Assembly (NCBI GenBank): GCA_963816185.1 | Contig: CAWFJJ010000030.1 | Location: forward strand, 160,001-224,000 | Length of the DNA: 64,000 nucleotides | Direction of reading: 5' to 3' | Source: Thermoanaerobaculia bacterium | GTDB lineage: Bacteria; Acidobacteriota; Thermoanaerobaculia; UBA5066 | Part shown: piece after piece, positions 1-9,422 of the stretch | Layout: every line of letters begins with the position of its first letter | Numbering within the stretch: the first letter of the stretch is position 1 | The notes under the pieces: model-generated | Seen by the model: only the letters and a program-made list of their open reading frames with translations | Database searches by the model: none | What the model was told of the DNA's origin: nothing | Program-made: the position numbers and the translations under genes

Positions 1-1395
1 GAGCGCGCGGCGTCCGAGCTCAACACGGGCAACCTGACGTGGTCGGGGACGGCGGCGAACGCGTTCGCGGGCACGTATCTCGGCAAGAGGCGGCGCCTTC
101 TCGTGACCGCTGGGGCGGCGTCCGGCTCCTACTCCGTCGGCACCGCCTCCTTCGGGCCGGCGCTCTCAAACCCGGGCGTCACCGGGCAGATCGTCGCGGC
201 CCTCTACGGATTCGCCACGGACGGGTGCAGCCCGATCACGTCGAATGTCTCCGGCAAGATCGCGCTCATCGACCGCGGAACCTGTAATTTTACAGTCAAG
301 GCCAAGAACGCCCAGAACGCGGGCGCGATCGGCGCCATCATCGCGGACAACACGACCGAGCCTCTGTTCGGAATGTCCGGCACGGACGCCACGATCACGA
401 TCCCGTCCATCCTCGTCACCATGAGCGACGGCGCGACTCTCCGCGCGAACCTTCCCGTTTCGGCGAATCTGGGGACCGAAGCGGTGCTCCTTGCAGGCGC
501 GGATGCGGCCGGTCGGATGCAGCTTTACGCTCCGAACCCATACGAAAGCGGCTCGTCGGTGTCCCACTGGGACACGTCGGCGTTTCCGAACCTCCTCATG
601 GAGCCGAACATCTCGTCCGACCTGCCGATAGGAGTCGACGCCACGCTTCCCGTGTTCATCGACATCGGCTGGCTCGCCGGCTCGGGCGGCCCGACGTCCA
701 CGTACATCCTGCCCTCGAGCGCCCACGCCCCCGGCAAGAACGGCGCCTTCTACACGACGGACCTGACGATCGCGAACCGCGGTGCGACGGACGCGAACCT
801 CACGCTCCAGTTCCTGGGCCACGACCAGGACGGCACCGGGGGGCCGAAGCAGGTCCGTGCGCTCGCGGCGAACAAGGCCGTGACCTATGCCGACGTCCTG
901 GCCTCGCTCTTCGGGGTCGGCGCCGCGGATCCTCAGAACTACGGCGCGATCCAGATCACGGCCGACTCGGCGTCGCTCAAAGTGGTCAGCCAGACCTCGA
1001 CGCCGACGCCGAGCGGCGTCGGCACCTTCGGTCAGTCCGTTCCGGCCTTGGGCGCGAACGACCTCGTCACGCCCGGTACACCGAAAGCGCTCATCGGCCT
1101 TCGCGATGACGCCGCATTCCGCACGAACGTCGTTCTCGCGAACGCGACGACTTTGAGCGTGGACGTGACGCTCACGCTGCTCGCCGCGGACGGCTCGACT
1201 TTCGGCACGACGACCCGGACGCTGTCCCCGCTCGGGATGACGCAGATCGGCAACGTCGTCACCACGCTCCTCGCGCCCTTCGGCACGACGAACGCGGTTC
1301 TCGTCGTGACGACCGCGACGGCCGGCGCTCAGGTCGCGACGTACGCCGCGGTCATCGACAACAACACGAACGACCCCAGAACGATCCTTCCGTAG
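1..1395 (+). CDS. PA (protease-associated) domain-containing secreted protein, probably a peptidase; 5' truncated by window
   Basis: Frame open from base 1; PA motif GKIALIDRGTCNFTVKAKNAQNAGAIGAIIADN; SSVSHWD..LMEP segment; C-terminal ~230 aa domain ending IDNNTNDP. Confidence 0.75.
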   Translation, partial: ERAASELNTGNLTWSGTAANAFAGTYLGKRRRLLVTAGAASGSYSVGTASFGPALSNPGVTGQIVAALYGFATDGCSPITSNVSGKIALIDRGTCNFTVKAKNAQNAGAIGAIIADNTTEPLFGMSGTDATITIPSILVTMSDGATLRANLPVSANLGTEAVLLAGADAAGRMQLYAPNPYESGSSVSHWDTSAFPNLLMEPNISSDLPIGVDATLPVFIDIGWLAGSGGPTSTYILPSSAHAPGKNGAFYTTDLTIANRGATDANLTLQFLGHDQDGTGGPKQVRALAANKAVTYADVLASLFGVGAADPQNYGAIQITADSASLKVVSQTSTPTPSGVGTFGQSVPALGANDLVTPGTPKALIGLRDDAAFRTNVVLANATTLSVDVTLTLLAADGSTFGTTTRTLSPLGMTQIGNVVTTLLAPFGTTNAVLVVTTATAGAQVATYAAVIDNNTNDPRTILP

Positions 1396-1428
1396 AGAGA
1401 AGCTCGAGACGAAAGTCGCGACACGCAC

Positions 1429-2452
1429 ATGGCCATGACCGTCGGCATCATGGGATTCGGAAGGATCGGACGGAACGTCTTCCGGATCCTCTACAAGAGA
1501 GACGACATCCGCATCGGCGCCGTGAGCGACCTGGGCGACGCGGCGTCCGTCGAGTATCTGCTGAAGTTCGACACTCTCTTCGGCCGCTTCCCGGACGAGC
1601 TCAGCGCGAAGGAAGGACATCTCTACGTCGTGGGGCGCCAGATCGCGCTCCTCGCGGGCCAGGAGAGGGGCGTCATTCCGCCCTGGGGCGACCTCGGCGT
1701 GGACACCGTCATCGAGGCGACCGCCCGCAGGCTTACCCGGGCCGAGCTGGAGAGGCACCTGGCCGCCGGCGCCAGGCGCGTGATCCTGTGCGAGCCGCCG
1801 GTGGACGCGTTGGATCTCACGGTCGTCAACGGCATCAACGACGGCCTCCTCAGGCGCGAGCATCGGATCGTCTCGAGCGCATCCTCCACCGTTCACTGCG
1901 TGGCGCCGCTCGCGAAGATCCTCCTCGACGCGTTCGGCATCAAGAAACTGCTGTTCACGACGATGCACTCCTACACGAACCAGCACCGGCTCGCGGACGT
2001 GCCGGCCGAAGACATGCGCCGCGGCCGGGCTGCGGCCGAGAACATCATCCCGCAGGAATCGCGCTCCCCCGGCATGCTGCAGGAGCTGATCCCCGGGCTT
2101 ACCGGGAAGGTCGTCGGCGCGGCCATGAACGTGCCCGTGCCCGAACGGCTCGGCGGTCGACCTCGTGTGCTGGCACGAGAAGAAAGTGACCGTCACCGCG
2201 ATCAACGAAGTGGTCCGCACGGCCATCGCGGCGAACTGGAAGGGAATCATGGACTACGAGACCGAGCCCATCGTCTCGAGCGACGTGACCCACAGCAGCT
2301 TCTCGTCCACGTTCGACTCGCTGGCCACGATGGTCCTCGGCGAGAACGTCTCCAAGACGCTCTCGTGGTACGACGCGGGCTGGGGCTACGCGCACCGCGC
2401 CGTGGAGCTTCTCGATCGCTTCGCGGCCCTGGACCGGGAGGCCTCCCGATGA
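1429..2452 (+). CDS. GAPDH-like paralog lacking the catalytic Cys; one-base frameshift near 2141
   Basis: GFGRIGR Rossmann motif; SSASSTVHC replaces SNASCTTNC; removing one C at ~2141 restores VPVPNGSAVDLVCW... through ORF 2165-2452; stop overlaps the next ATG (ATGA). Confidence 0.8.
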
Positions 2453-3450
2453 GCCGTATCGCGATCAACGGCTTCGGCCGCATCGGCCGGACCGTCTACC
2501 GCATCCTCAGCGACCGGAAGGACATCGAGGTCGTCGCCATCAACGACCTCTTCGACAACGACCAGCTCGCCTACCTCCTGAAGTACGACACGGTGATGGG
2601 CGTCTTCGAGAAAGACGTGCGCGTCGACGGTGAGGTCATGACGGTGGACGGCCGGCGCGTCCTCATGACGGCGGAGAAGGACCCGGCGAAGCTCGCCTGG
2701 GGAAAGCTGGGCGTGGACGTCGTCGTGGAGGCCACGGGCAAGCTCGTCACGCGCGAGAAGCTGCAGAAGCACCTGGACGCGGGAGCGAAAAGGGTCGTCC
2801 TGACGGTCCCGCCGAAGGACGAGATCGACGCGATGGTCGTCGTGGGCGTGAACGACGACGCGCTCCGCAAGGAGCACCGCATCGTCTCGAACGCCTCCTG
2901 CACGACGAATTGCCTCGCGCCGATCGCGAAGATCCTGGACGAGGCCTTCGGCATCCAGGACGGCTTCATGACGACGGTTCACGCCTACACGAACGACCAG
3001 CGCCTCGCGGACGTGGCGCACAAGGATCTCCGCCGCGCGCGGGCGGCTGCGGAGAACATCATCCCGACGACGACGGGCGCCGCCCGTGCCGTCGGAAAAG
3101 TCCTGCCGCGGCTGAAGGGAAAGCTGGACGGCACCGCGATCCGGGTGCCGGTGCCGGACGGCTCGATCGTCGACCTCTCGTTAAGGCTCTTGAAGAAGCC
3201 GTCGGTCCTGGACGTCAACGCGGCCGTCAAGGCCGCGGCCGACGGGCCGATGAAGCGGATCGTGGAGTACAGCGAGGTACCGCTCGTCTCCTCCGACATC
3301 ATCGGCAATCCGCACTCCTCGATCTTCGACGCCCTCTCGACCCGGACCGACGGCGACGGATGGCTCAAGGTCGTGGCCTGGTACGACAACGAGTGGGGCT
3401 ACTCGAACCGCGTCGTGGACCTCATCGACCGGCTGGTCGCGCTGGGCTGA
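2449..3450 (+). CDS. gap: Type I glyceraldehyde-3-phosphate dehydrogenase
   Basis: MSRIAINGFGRIGR, SNASCTTNCLAP, HAYT, IIPTTTGAA, RVPVPDGS, WYDNEWGYS all intact. Confidence 0.95.
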   Translation: MSRIAINGFGRIGRTVYRILSDRKDIEVVAINDLFDNDQLAYLLKYDTVMGVFEKDVRVDGEVMTVDGRRVLMTAEKDPAKLAWGKLGVDVVVEATGKLVTREKLQKHLDAGAKRVVLTVPPKDEIDAMVVVGVNDDALRKEHRIVSNASCTTNCLAPIAKILDEAFGIQDGFMTTVHAYTNDQRLADVAHKDLRRARAAAENIIPTTTGAARAVGKVLPRLKGKLDGTAIRVPVPDGSIVDLSLRLLKKPSVLDVNAAVKAAADGPMKRIVEYSEVPLVSSDIIGNPHSSIFDALSTRTDGDGWLKVVAWYDNEWGYSNRVVDLIDRLVALG

Positions 3451-3482
3451 GCATTCCTCCGGTGTTCGGGGCTTCGCAGGCG

Positions 3483-4531
3483 TCAGCGGCCAGAAGCGAT
3501 TTCTTCGAAAGCCGAGAGCGCGCGGTCGACGTCCGCGTCGCCGACGTCGGCGTGCGTGACCATGCGGATGGAGTCCAAGCGCCTGCGGCTCCCGCGAGGA
3601 CACCACGCGATCGAAGCTTCGCCACGACCCCGGCCGGGTCGCCCCATTCACCTTCCAAGAAGAAGAACAGAATGTTCGTCTCGACGTCCGCAGGATCGAT
3701 CCGAAGTCCGCGAATCCCCGCGAGTCCCTCCGCGAGCTTCTTCGCCCGAACATGGTCCTCGGGCAGGCGCGAACGCTCGTCCTCCAGCGCCACGAGCGCT
3801 GCCGCCGCGATGACGCCGACCTGGCGCATTCCGCCCCCGAAGAGCTTGCGGACGCGACGCGCCTCGGCGACGAAGGCCTTCGAGCCCGCCACGGCGCTAC
3901 CCACGGGCGCGCGCAGGCCCTTCGAGAAGCACGTCATGACGGAGTCGAAGCCTTCCGCGAGGGACGCCTCGGAGACGCCGAGCGCTGCCGCCGCGTTCCA
4001 CAGGCGGGCGCCGTCGAGGTGCGTCGCGAGGCCCTTCTCCTTCGCGAGGGCGAGGAGCGGGTCGACGACCGAGCGCGGGAGGACGGCGCCGCCGGCGAAG
4101 TTGTGCGTGTTCTCGAGGGCGAGAACGGACGTGCGCGGCAGGTAGTAGACCGTGTCGGGCCTGATCCACGCCGCGACCTGCTCTCTCGTCATCCGGCCGC
4201 GCGCCGCGTCGACGGGGCGCGGCAGGAGGCCCGAGAGCGCGGCCATGCCCGCCATCTCGTAGTGGAAGATGTGGCTCTTTCCCTCGAGGATGACTTCCGT
4301 GCCCGAGCGAGCGTGCACCCGCAGGGAAAGCTGGTTGCCCATGGAGCCGCTCGGGACGAAGAGAGCCGCCTCCTTGCCGAGAACCTCGGCCGTCCTCTCC
4401 TCGAGGCGCCGGACGGTCGGGTCCTCGCCATAGACGTCGTCGCCGACCTCCGCCTCGGCCATGGCGCGCCGCATTTTCGGGGTCGGCTTCGTGACGGTGT
4501 CGGAGCGAAAGTCGGAAACGGGGTCCGTCAT
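3483..4531 (-). CDS. ltaE: Low-specificity L-threonine aldolase (frameshift near 3580)
   Basis: DFRSDTVTKPT, GDDVYGEDPTV, PSGSMGNQ, HLDGARLWNA, CFSKGL PLP-lysine motif; C-terminus IRMVTHADV..* in adjacent frame. Confidence 0.9.
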
Positions 4532-4539
4532 GCCCTCGA

Positions 4540-5082
4540 TCATCCCAGAACGAGCGCGGCGAGTGCCAGAAGGAAGCCGAAGAGATCGAGGCGGGCCGCC
4601 CGGCGCCGCGCGGCATCGGCGCGACTCACCCACGGCGGTCGAAGATTCTCTTCGAAGGTCAATGATTTTTCGCGGTAGTAGCGCTCCCGAGGAAGCACGA
4701 CCATTACGGCGGAGACGAGAGCCGCGAGCAGCAAGAAGATCGCCACCGCCCGCCACACGTGGCGCGGCGGGAGGCTCGAGCCGAGGACCTGCGTCTCCAG
4801 CAGCACCCCCACGAGAAGCGCGCCCGCCGCGACGAACTTCGCCTTCGCGAGCTGCTCCCTTTCTTCGTCTTCCCCTTCTAAGAGAATCCCCAGCGCCGAG
4901 GCCCGGTGCGCACCCGCTTTCTCGCTCCCGTCCCGCTCAGCCGTTCCCTCTCCTTCTTCTCTTTCTAAGAGAATCTTCTTCTTTCTTCTGACAAGAAGAG
5001 CCAGAGGAACCCCGATGAAGACCGCGAGCCCCAGCCCGATCAGGACGCGCGACGCCTCGAGGAGAAAGTCCGGCAGCGACAT
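4540..5082 (-). CDS. Hypothetical membrane protein (about 4 hydrophobic segments)
   Basis: ATG start preceded by TACACT; hydrophobic stretches separated by charged loops. Confidence 0.55.
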   Translation of the reverse strand: MSLPDFLLEASRVLIGLGLAVFIGVPLALLVRRKKKILLEREEGEGTAERDGSEKAGAHRASALGILLEGEDEEREQLAKAKFVAAGALLVGVLLETQVLGSSLPPRHVWRAVAIFLLLAALVSAVMVVLPRERYYREKSLTFEENLRPPWVSRADAARRRAARLDLFGFLLALAALVLG

Positions 5083-5114
5083 TCGGGCGAGTGTAGCGGG
5101 ATAATCGGCGCCAG

Positions 5115-5777
5115 ATGGGCCTGTATCTCATCGAGACCTTCCCGGTCGGGCCGCTCCAGTGCAACTGCGCGATCGTGGCGGACCCGGCGACCCGCGAGGC
5201 TGTCGTGATCGATCCCGGGGACGAGCCCGACCGCATTCTCGAGGCGCTTGCCGGGGCCGGCCTGCGGGCGGTCGCGCTCGTCCACACACACGCGCACTTC
5301 GACCACGCGGGCTGCTCGGCGCTGCTCAAACGCATCACGGGCGCACCGATCCTCATGCACGCGGGCGACCGGCCGCTTTACCAGAATCTCACCGTGCAGG
5401 GCCAGACTTTCGGACTGTCATTGGACGCGCCCGGCATCATCGACCGGACTCTCGAGGGCGGGGACCGGGTCGCCTGCGGCAAGGGAGGGCTCGAGGTCAT
5501 CCACACGCCGGGCCACACGCCGGGCAGCCTCTCCTTCCGGATGACCAGCGAGAACGGCGACGTGCTCTTCTCGGGCGACACCCTCTTTCGGCGTTCGATC
5601 GGGCGTACGGACTTGTGGGGCGGCTCGACCCCCCAGATCCTGGAGTCGATCCGCGACCGGCTCCTGACCCTGCCCGGAGGCCTTCGCGTCATTCCGGGAC
5701 ATGGCGACGAGACGACCATCGCCGACGAGGGAAGGAAGAACCCCTTCGTGGGAGACCCGAATTACCGCCCTCTATAA
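5115..5777 (+). CDS. MBL-fold metallo-hydrolase (glyoxalase II-like)
   Basis: THAHFDH, HTPGHTPG, SGDTLF, PGHG motifs. Confidence 0.92.
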   Translation: MGLYLIETFPVGPLQCNCAIVADPATREAVVIDPGDEPDRILEALAGAGLRAVALVHTHAHFDHAGCSALLKRITGAPILMHAGDRPLYQNLTVQGQTFGLSLDAPGIIDRTLEGGDRVACGKGGLEVIHTPGHTPGSLSFRMTSENGDVLFSGDTLFRRSIGRTDLWGGSTPQILESIRDRLLTLPGGLRVIPGHGDETTIADEGRKNPFVGDPNYRPL

Positions 5778-5786
5778 TCCCGGCCG

Positions 5787-6452
5787 ATGAAGCTGACGTT
5801 CGAGCAAAGCGCGGCGCTCCTCCACAAGTTCTGGTCCGGCCAGAGTGTCCCGTCCCCGAAGACCGGCCGCCCGATGCGAGCTTTCTTCGTGGATCGCAGC
5901 TTCAACCCGCAGGTCGTCATGATCGGCGGAAAGGGCGAGCATCTTCGTTTCGACCAGAAACCGCGGCAGATCGTCTTCTCGGACGGGCACCTCAAGTCCA
6001 TGGTGCGCGACGCCAAGGAGCGCGAGAACCCCGTCTGCCCGCAGGACTTCGAGCCGCTCATCGTCAAGCGCACGCCCGCCGTGCGCTTCCCGAACGAGTG
6101 GGACTGGAAGTTCCAGTGTCCGAGGTGCTATTCGTTCGGGAGCTGGGAGTACACCGACAAGAAAGACGACGTGGTCGCGAAGCCCGCCGTCCGGAAAGAC
6201 GCGCCCGCGTTCCACGACGAGACCATCCCGCTCCCGAAACGCATGGAGATGGCGAAGGCGGGCGACCTCGCGCTGAAGCTCTACGCGGCGATGGCGCAGA
6301 CCGACTGCACGGCCTGCGGCTACGACTGCGAGGGTTACGCGAAAGCCATTGCGACCGGCAAGGAGAAAGACCTCACGCTCTGCGTCCCGGGCATGCAGGA
6401 GACGGAGGACGTCGTCAAGAAGCTCGTCGCCGGCACCTACGTTTTCGCCTGA
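5787..6452 (+). CDS. Protein with C-terminal 4Fe-4S (RnfB/AcsC N-terminal-type FeS) domain and unknown N-terminal region
   Basis: DCTACGYDCEGYAKAIATG...LCVPG four-Cys pattern; upstream CPQD..CPRC. Confidence 0.65.
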   Translation: MKLTFEQSAALLHKFWSGQSVPSPKTGRPMRAFFVDRSFNPQVVMIGGKGEHLRFDQKPRQIVFSDGHLKSMVRDAKERENPVCPQDFEPLIVKRTPAVRFPNEWDWKFQCPRCYSFGSWEYTDKKDDVVAKPAVRKDAPAFHDETIPLPKRMEMAKAGDLALKLYAAMAQTDCTACGYDCEGYAKAIATGKEKDLTLCVPGMQETEDVVKKLVAGTYVFA

Positions 6453-6676
6453 GCCTCCGCGAGCATCGCCTCGATCACGGGCCGGCAGCGCTCGCCCGCG
6501 CACTCCCCCGTCGTGCAGCCCGTCGTGCGCGCCACGTCCTCGATCGTCCGCGCCCCGCGGTCGATCGCCTCTTTCACGCGCGGATACCGGATCGTGTTGC
6601 AGATGCACACGGGCCGGAATTTCAGCAGCATGAGCTGGCGTTTCTCTTCGGTGGTCAGTGGTCGGGCTGCGGACAT
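6437..6676 (-). CDS. BFD-like [2Fe-2S]-binding protein
   Basis: VCICN...GCTTGECAGERCRP Cys pattern, 79 aa. Confidence 0.8.
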   Translation of the reverse strand: MSAARPLTTEEKRQLMLLKFRPVCICNTIRYPRVKEAIDRGARTIEDVARTTGCTTGECAGERCRPVIEAMLAEAQAKT

Positions 6677-6708
6677 GCGATTAAGGATTTCTAGAAAGAT
6701 TTTCGGAT

Positions 6709-6828
6709 GAAGATTTTCTTAGAAGGGTGTGTGTGGCCGGGGCCTCGAGAAGAGCTGCGGCCGCACAGAACTGGGAACGCTCGACCACCTTCTAAGAAAT
6801 CTTCGTCTTTCTCCCCTCTCCCTCTTCC
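6709..6828. repeat. Inverted pair of the dispersed CCTTCNAAGAAATC motif with pyrimidine tail
   Basis: gaagattttcttagaagggtg (6709-6729) and caccttctaagaaatcttc (6786-6804) are near-perfect reverse complements; cores 74 bp apart. Confidence 0.75.
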
Positions 6829-7341
6829 TCAAAAATCCACCGTGTAGCGGATCGACGCGCGGTCGCGCACACGGTCGAGGTAGACGACGCCGTCGAGGTG
6901 GTCGCTTTCGTGGAGGACGACGCGCGCGTGGAAGTCGTCCGCGACGAAGGTGACGGGTTTCCCGGACGTATCCAGCGCAGTCACGCGAATGCTCTTCGGG
7001 CGCGGGACCTTCGCCGCGAGAAACGGCACGGAGAGGCAGGCCTCGAAATCCTCGTCTTCCGTCTTGTCGAGCACCTCGAACGTGGGGTTCACGAGGAGCG
7101 TGGGCGCGACCTCGAGGACGTCCTTGCCGCGTTTCTCGCCGTGGACTTCGTAGAGCACCACGCGGAGGCCCGTCGACACCTGCGGCGCGGCGAGACCCGT
7201 ACCGTGGTACTCGACCATCGTCTCCATCATGTCCTCGAAGAAAGCCCGGAACCGGCCCTTCTTGAGGTCGTGCGCCTCGATTTCCGACGCGCGTTTTCTG
7301 AGGATCGGCGAGCCGAGCTTGGCGACTTTCAGAATGGCCAC
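6829..7341 (-). CDS. def: Peptide deformylase
   Basis: GTGLAAPQ, EACLS, HESDHLDG motifs. Confidence 0.93.
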   Translation of the reverse strand: MAILKVAKLGSPILRKRASEIEAHDLKKGRFRAFFEDMMETMVEYHGTGLAAPQVSTGLRVVLYEVHGEKRGKDVLEVAPTLLVNPTFEVLDKTEDEDFEACLSVPFLAAKVPRPKSIRVTALDTSGKPVTFVADDFHARVVLHESDHLDGVVYLDRVRDRASIRYTVDF

Positions 7342-7400
7342 GTGATCTCCCGGGAGCGGTGCTCCGCCCGCGCATTGTAGGGGGCCTTAGAATCCGTCCC

Positions 7401-8327
7401 ATCCGATACGTCTTTCTCTTCAATCCCGCGGCCGGGAAGGGACGGGTGATGCGCGATCGCGACCGCATTCGCTCCGTTCTCGATGCCGCCGGCCTCAAGG
7501 GAGACTTCCTCGACACGGAGCGCCCCGGCCACGCCGCCGACCTCGCCGAAGCGGCCGGGAATCCCGGAGCCGACGTCGTCGTGGCGATCGGCGGCGATGG
7601 CACGGTGAACGAGACCGTGAACGGCCTCATGCGGCTCCCCGAGGCGAGGCGCCCGGCCCTTGGCCTCATGCCCGACGGAACCGGAAACGATTACGGGTTC
7701 GCGCTCGGCCTCAGGCCGGGAGACCTCGCTGACGCCTCGCGCGTCCTCGCCGAAGGCAAGACGCGCGTCCTCGACGTGGGAGAGGTCAACGGGCGCTTCT
7801 TCGCCAACAGCGTCGGTCTCGGGTTCGACGGCGCCGTAGCCGAGGCCGCCTCGAAGGTGCGCTATCTCAAGGGATTTCCGGCTTACCTGTGGTCCGTGTT
7901 CACGGTCCTGAAAGACTGGGCCAACTTCGAGCTCACTCTGACGGCGGACGGGAGAGTTCTCGAGGGCAAAGCGTTCCTTGCGGCGGTCGCGAATGGACCG
8001 CGCAGCGGGGGCGGCTTCCTCCTCGCGCCCGCCGCACGGCCCGACGACGGCCTCTTCGACGTGTGCCGCCTTGGCAACCTTGGCAAGCTCGAGGCGCTGC
8101 GACATCTGCCGAAGGCGCTCGACGGCTCGCACGTGGGCCTGCCGTGGGTCACGATCGTCCGCGCCCGCGAGGTCATCCTGGCCTCGGACCGGCCTCTCAC
8201 GGCGCACGTCGACGGCAACCTCGTCTTTTCGGCGGGACACCCCGACCCGCTCGTCTTCCGAATGCATCCCAAAGCGCTGCGCGTTGTCGGAAACTGGAAA
8301 GAGGATGGTGCCCAGGGGCGGAATTGA
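7401..8327 (+). CDS. Diacylglycerol/lipid kinase family protein (YegS/DgkB-like); start uncertain
   Basis: NPAAG, GGDGTVNE, GTGNDYG, GxGFDG, DDGLFDV; family-typical N-terminus begins at an ATC codon at 7401. Confidence 0.88.
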   Translation: MRYVFLFNPAAGKGRVMRDRDRIRSVLDAAGLKGDFLDTERPGHAADLAEAAGNPGADVVVAIGGDGTVNETVNGLMRLPEARRPALGLMPDGTGNDYGFALGLRPGDLADASRVLAEGKTRVLDVGEVNGRFFANSVGLGFDGAVAEAASKVRYLKGFPAYLWSVFTVLKDWANFELTLTADGRVLEGKAFLAAVANGPRSGGGFLLAPAARPDDGLFDVCRLGNLGKLEALRHLPKALDGSHVGLPWVTIVRAREVILASDRPLTAHVDGNLVFSAGHPDPLVFRMHPKALRVVGNWKEDGAQGRN

Positions 8328-8381
8328 ACCGTCGACACCGCGCTTTTCAGGCGCGTGCTCTACCAACTGAGCTACCTGGGC
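8306..8381 (-). tRNA. tRNA-Phe(GAA)
   Basis: GCCCAGGTAGCTCAGTTGGTAGAGCACGCGCCTGAAAAGCGCGGTGTCGACGGTTCAATTCCGCCCCTGGGCACCA; cloverleaf, encoded CCA. Confidence 0.97.
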
Positions 8382-8486
8382 TGGCCGCGCGACCATCGCA
8401 CCCCGGGCACGTCCCTTGCGAAGAGGCAGGCCGCGAAGCGCCTGCGGGTTATAAGTGGCGCGCCTAGAATAGTCAACCGAAAGGGA

Positions 8487-9422
8487 ATGATGCTCGCTCT
8501 CCTGACTCTCCTGCCGCTACTTCTCGCCCAGCAGCCGGCGGCCCCTGCTCCCGCAACACCTGCGCCGGCGTCCGAACCACCCAGCACGGGGAGCGCCGTC
8601 GCCGGAGAGGCCGGCCTCGAGGTGCTTTGGGCCCGGACGCTCCCCGAGGCGACCGAGGGGGCGAAGCGCTTGAAGGACGGACGCATCCTGATCTTCTTCG
8701 TGGCGCCCGACTGCGGTCAGTGCCAACGGATGGAAGCGCTCGTTGCGCCGTCCACGTCTTTCTACGCGTTCACGCGCGACAAGGTGCCTCTCTACGAGGA
8801 CATCTCGACAACGGAAGGCCGAGACCTCGCGCGGCGCCTCAAGGTCCGCGGCGCGCCCACATGGATCGTCGTCACGCCGGACCTTCTCGAGTGCGGCCGG
8901 CAGGAAGGGCCGACGACGCAGCAGGGTTGGGTGAACGCCTTCATCGAGGCCGAACGCGGCTGGGCCGGCTACCGAAAGCTGCTTGCCGCCGAATCCGCCG
9001 ACCCGGGGAATCCGCAGCTCGTTTTCGAGGTGGCGCGCCAGACGTATCAGCGCGGCGGCGGCACGCAGGCCGAGCCCAGGTTTCGGAGACTCGCGGGCGA
9101 CGCGAAGGCGCCCGCCGCGATTCGCGAGCAGTCTCTCGGCTACCTGACCTCGCTCGAAATGGACTCGGGCCGCTTCGACGACGCGGTCTCTCACCTCGAT
9201 ACGCTCATCGCGACCGCGAAAGATCCCACGCTCAAGGAGCGTGCCGAGCTTCGCCGCGCGGACGTCGAGATCGCGCGCGGCCGCAAGGATCTCGCAACGT
9301 GGCGTCTCAGGGAATTCCTGAAGACCCATCCGAACTCACCTCTCGCGGCCGAGGCGCAGGCGCTCCTCGACGCGTTACAGGGAAAGGCTCCGGCGGCCCA
9401 TCCCGCCCCCAAGGAGAGCTGA
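8487..9422 (+). CDS. Exported thioredoxin-fold protein with C-terminal TPR-like repeats
   Basis: Signal peptide MMLALLTLLPLLLAQ; DCGQC CxxC; VRGAPT cis-Pro loop; helical repeats ending FLKTHPNSPLAAEA. Confidence 0.75.
   Translation: MMLALLTLLPLLLAQQPAAPAPATPAPASEPPSTGSAVAGEAGLEVLWARTLPEATEGAKRLKDGRILIFFVAPDCGQCQRMEALVAPSTSFYAFTRDKVPLYEDISTTEGRDLARRLKVRGAPTWIVVTPDLLECGRQEGPTTQQGWVNAFIEAERGWAGYRKLLAAESADPGNPQLVFEVARQTYQRGGGTQAEPRFRRLAGDAKAPAAIREQSLGYLTSLEMDSGRFDDAVSHLDTLIATAKDPTLKERAELRRADVEIARGRKDLATWRLREFLKTHPNSPLAAEAQALLDALQGKAPAAHPAPKES

Noticed and set aside
1429-3450. 673-aa double-GAPDH fusion ORF in the track
   Set aside because: The linker is off-frame nonsense. Removing one C near 2141 gives two complete GAPDH-length genes with an ATGA junction, so it is most likely an indel error.
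6709-6804. MITE with terminal inverted repeats
   Set aside because: Internal sequence is not shared with other motif pairs, no target-site duplication is evident, and the motif also occurs singly within essential genes.
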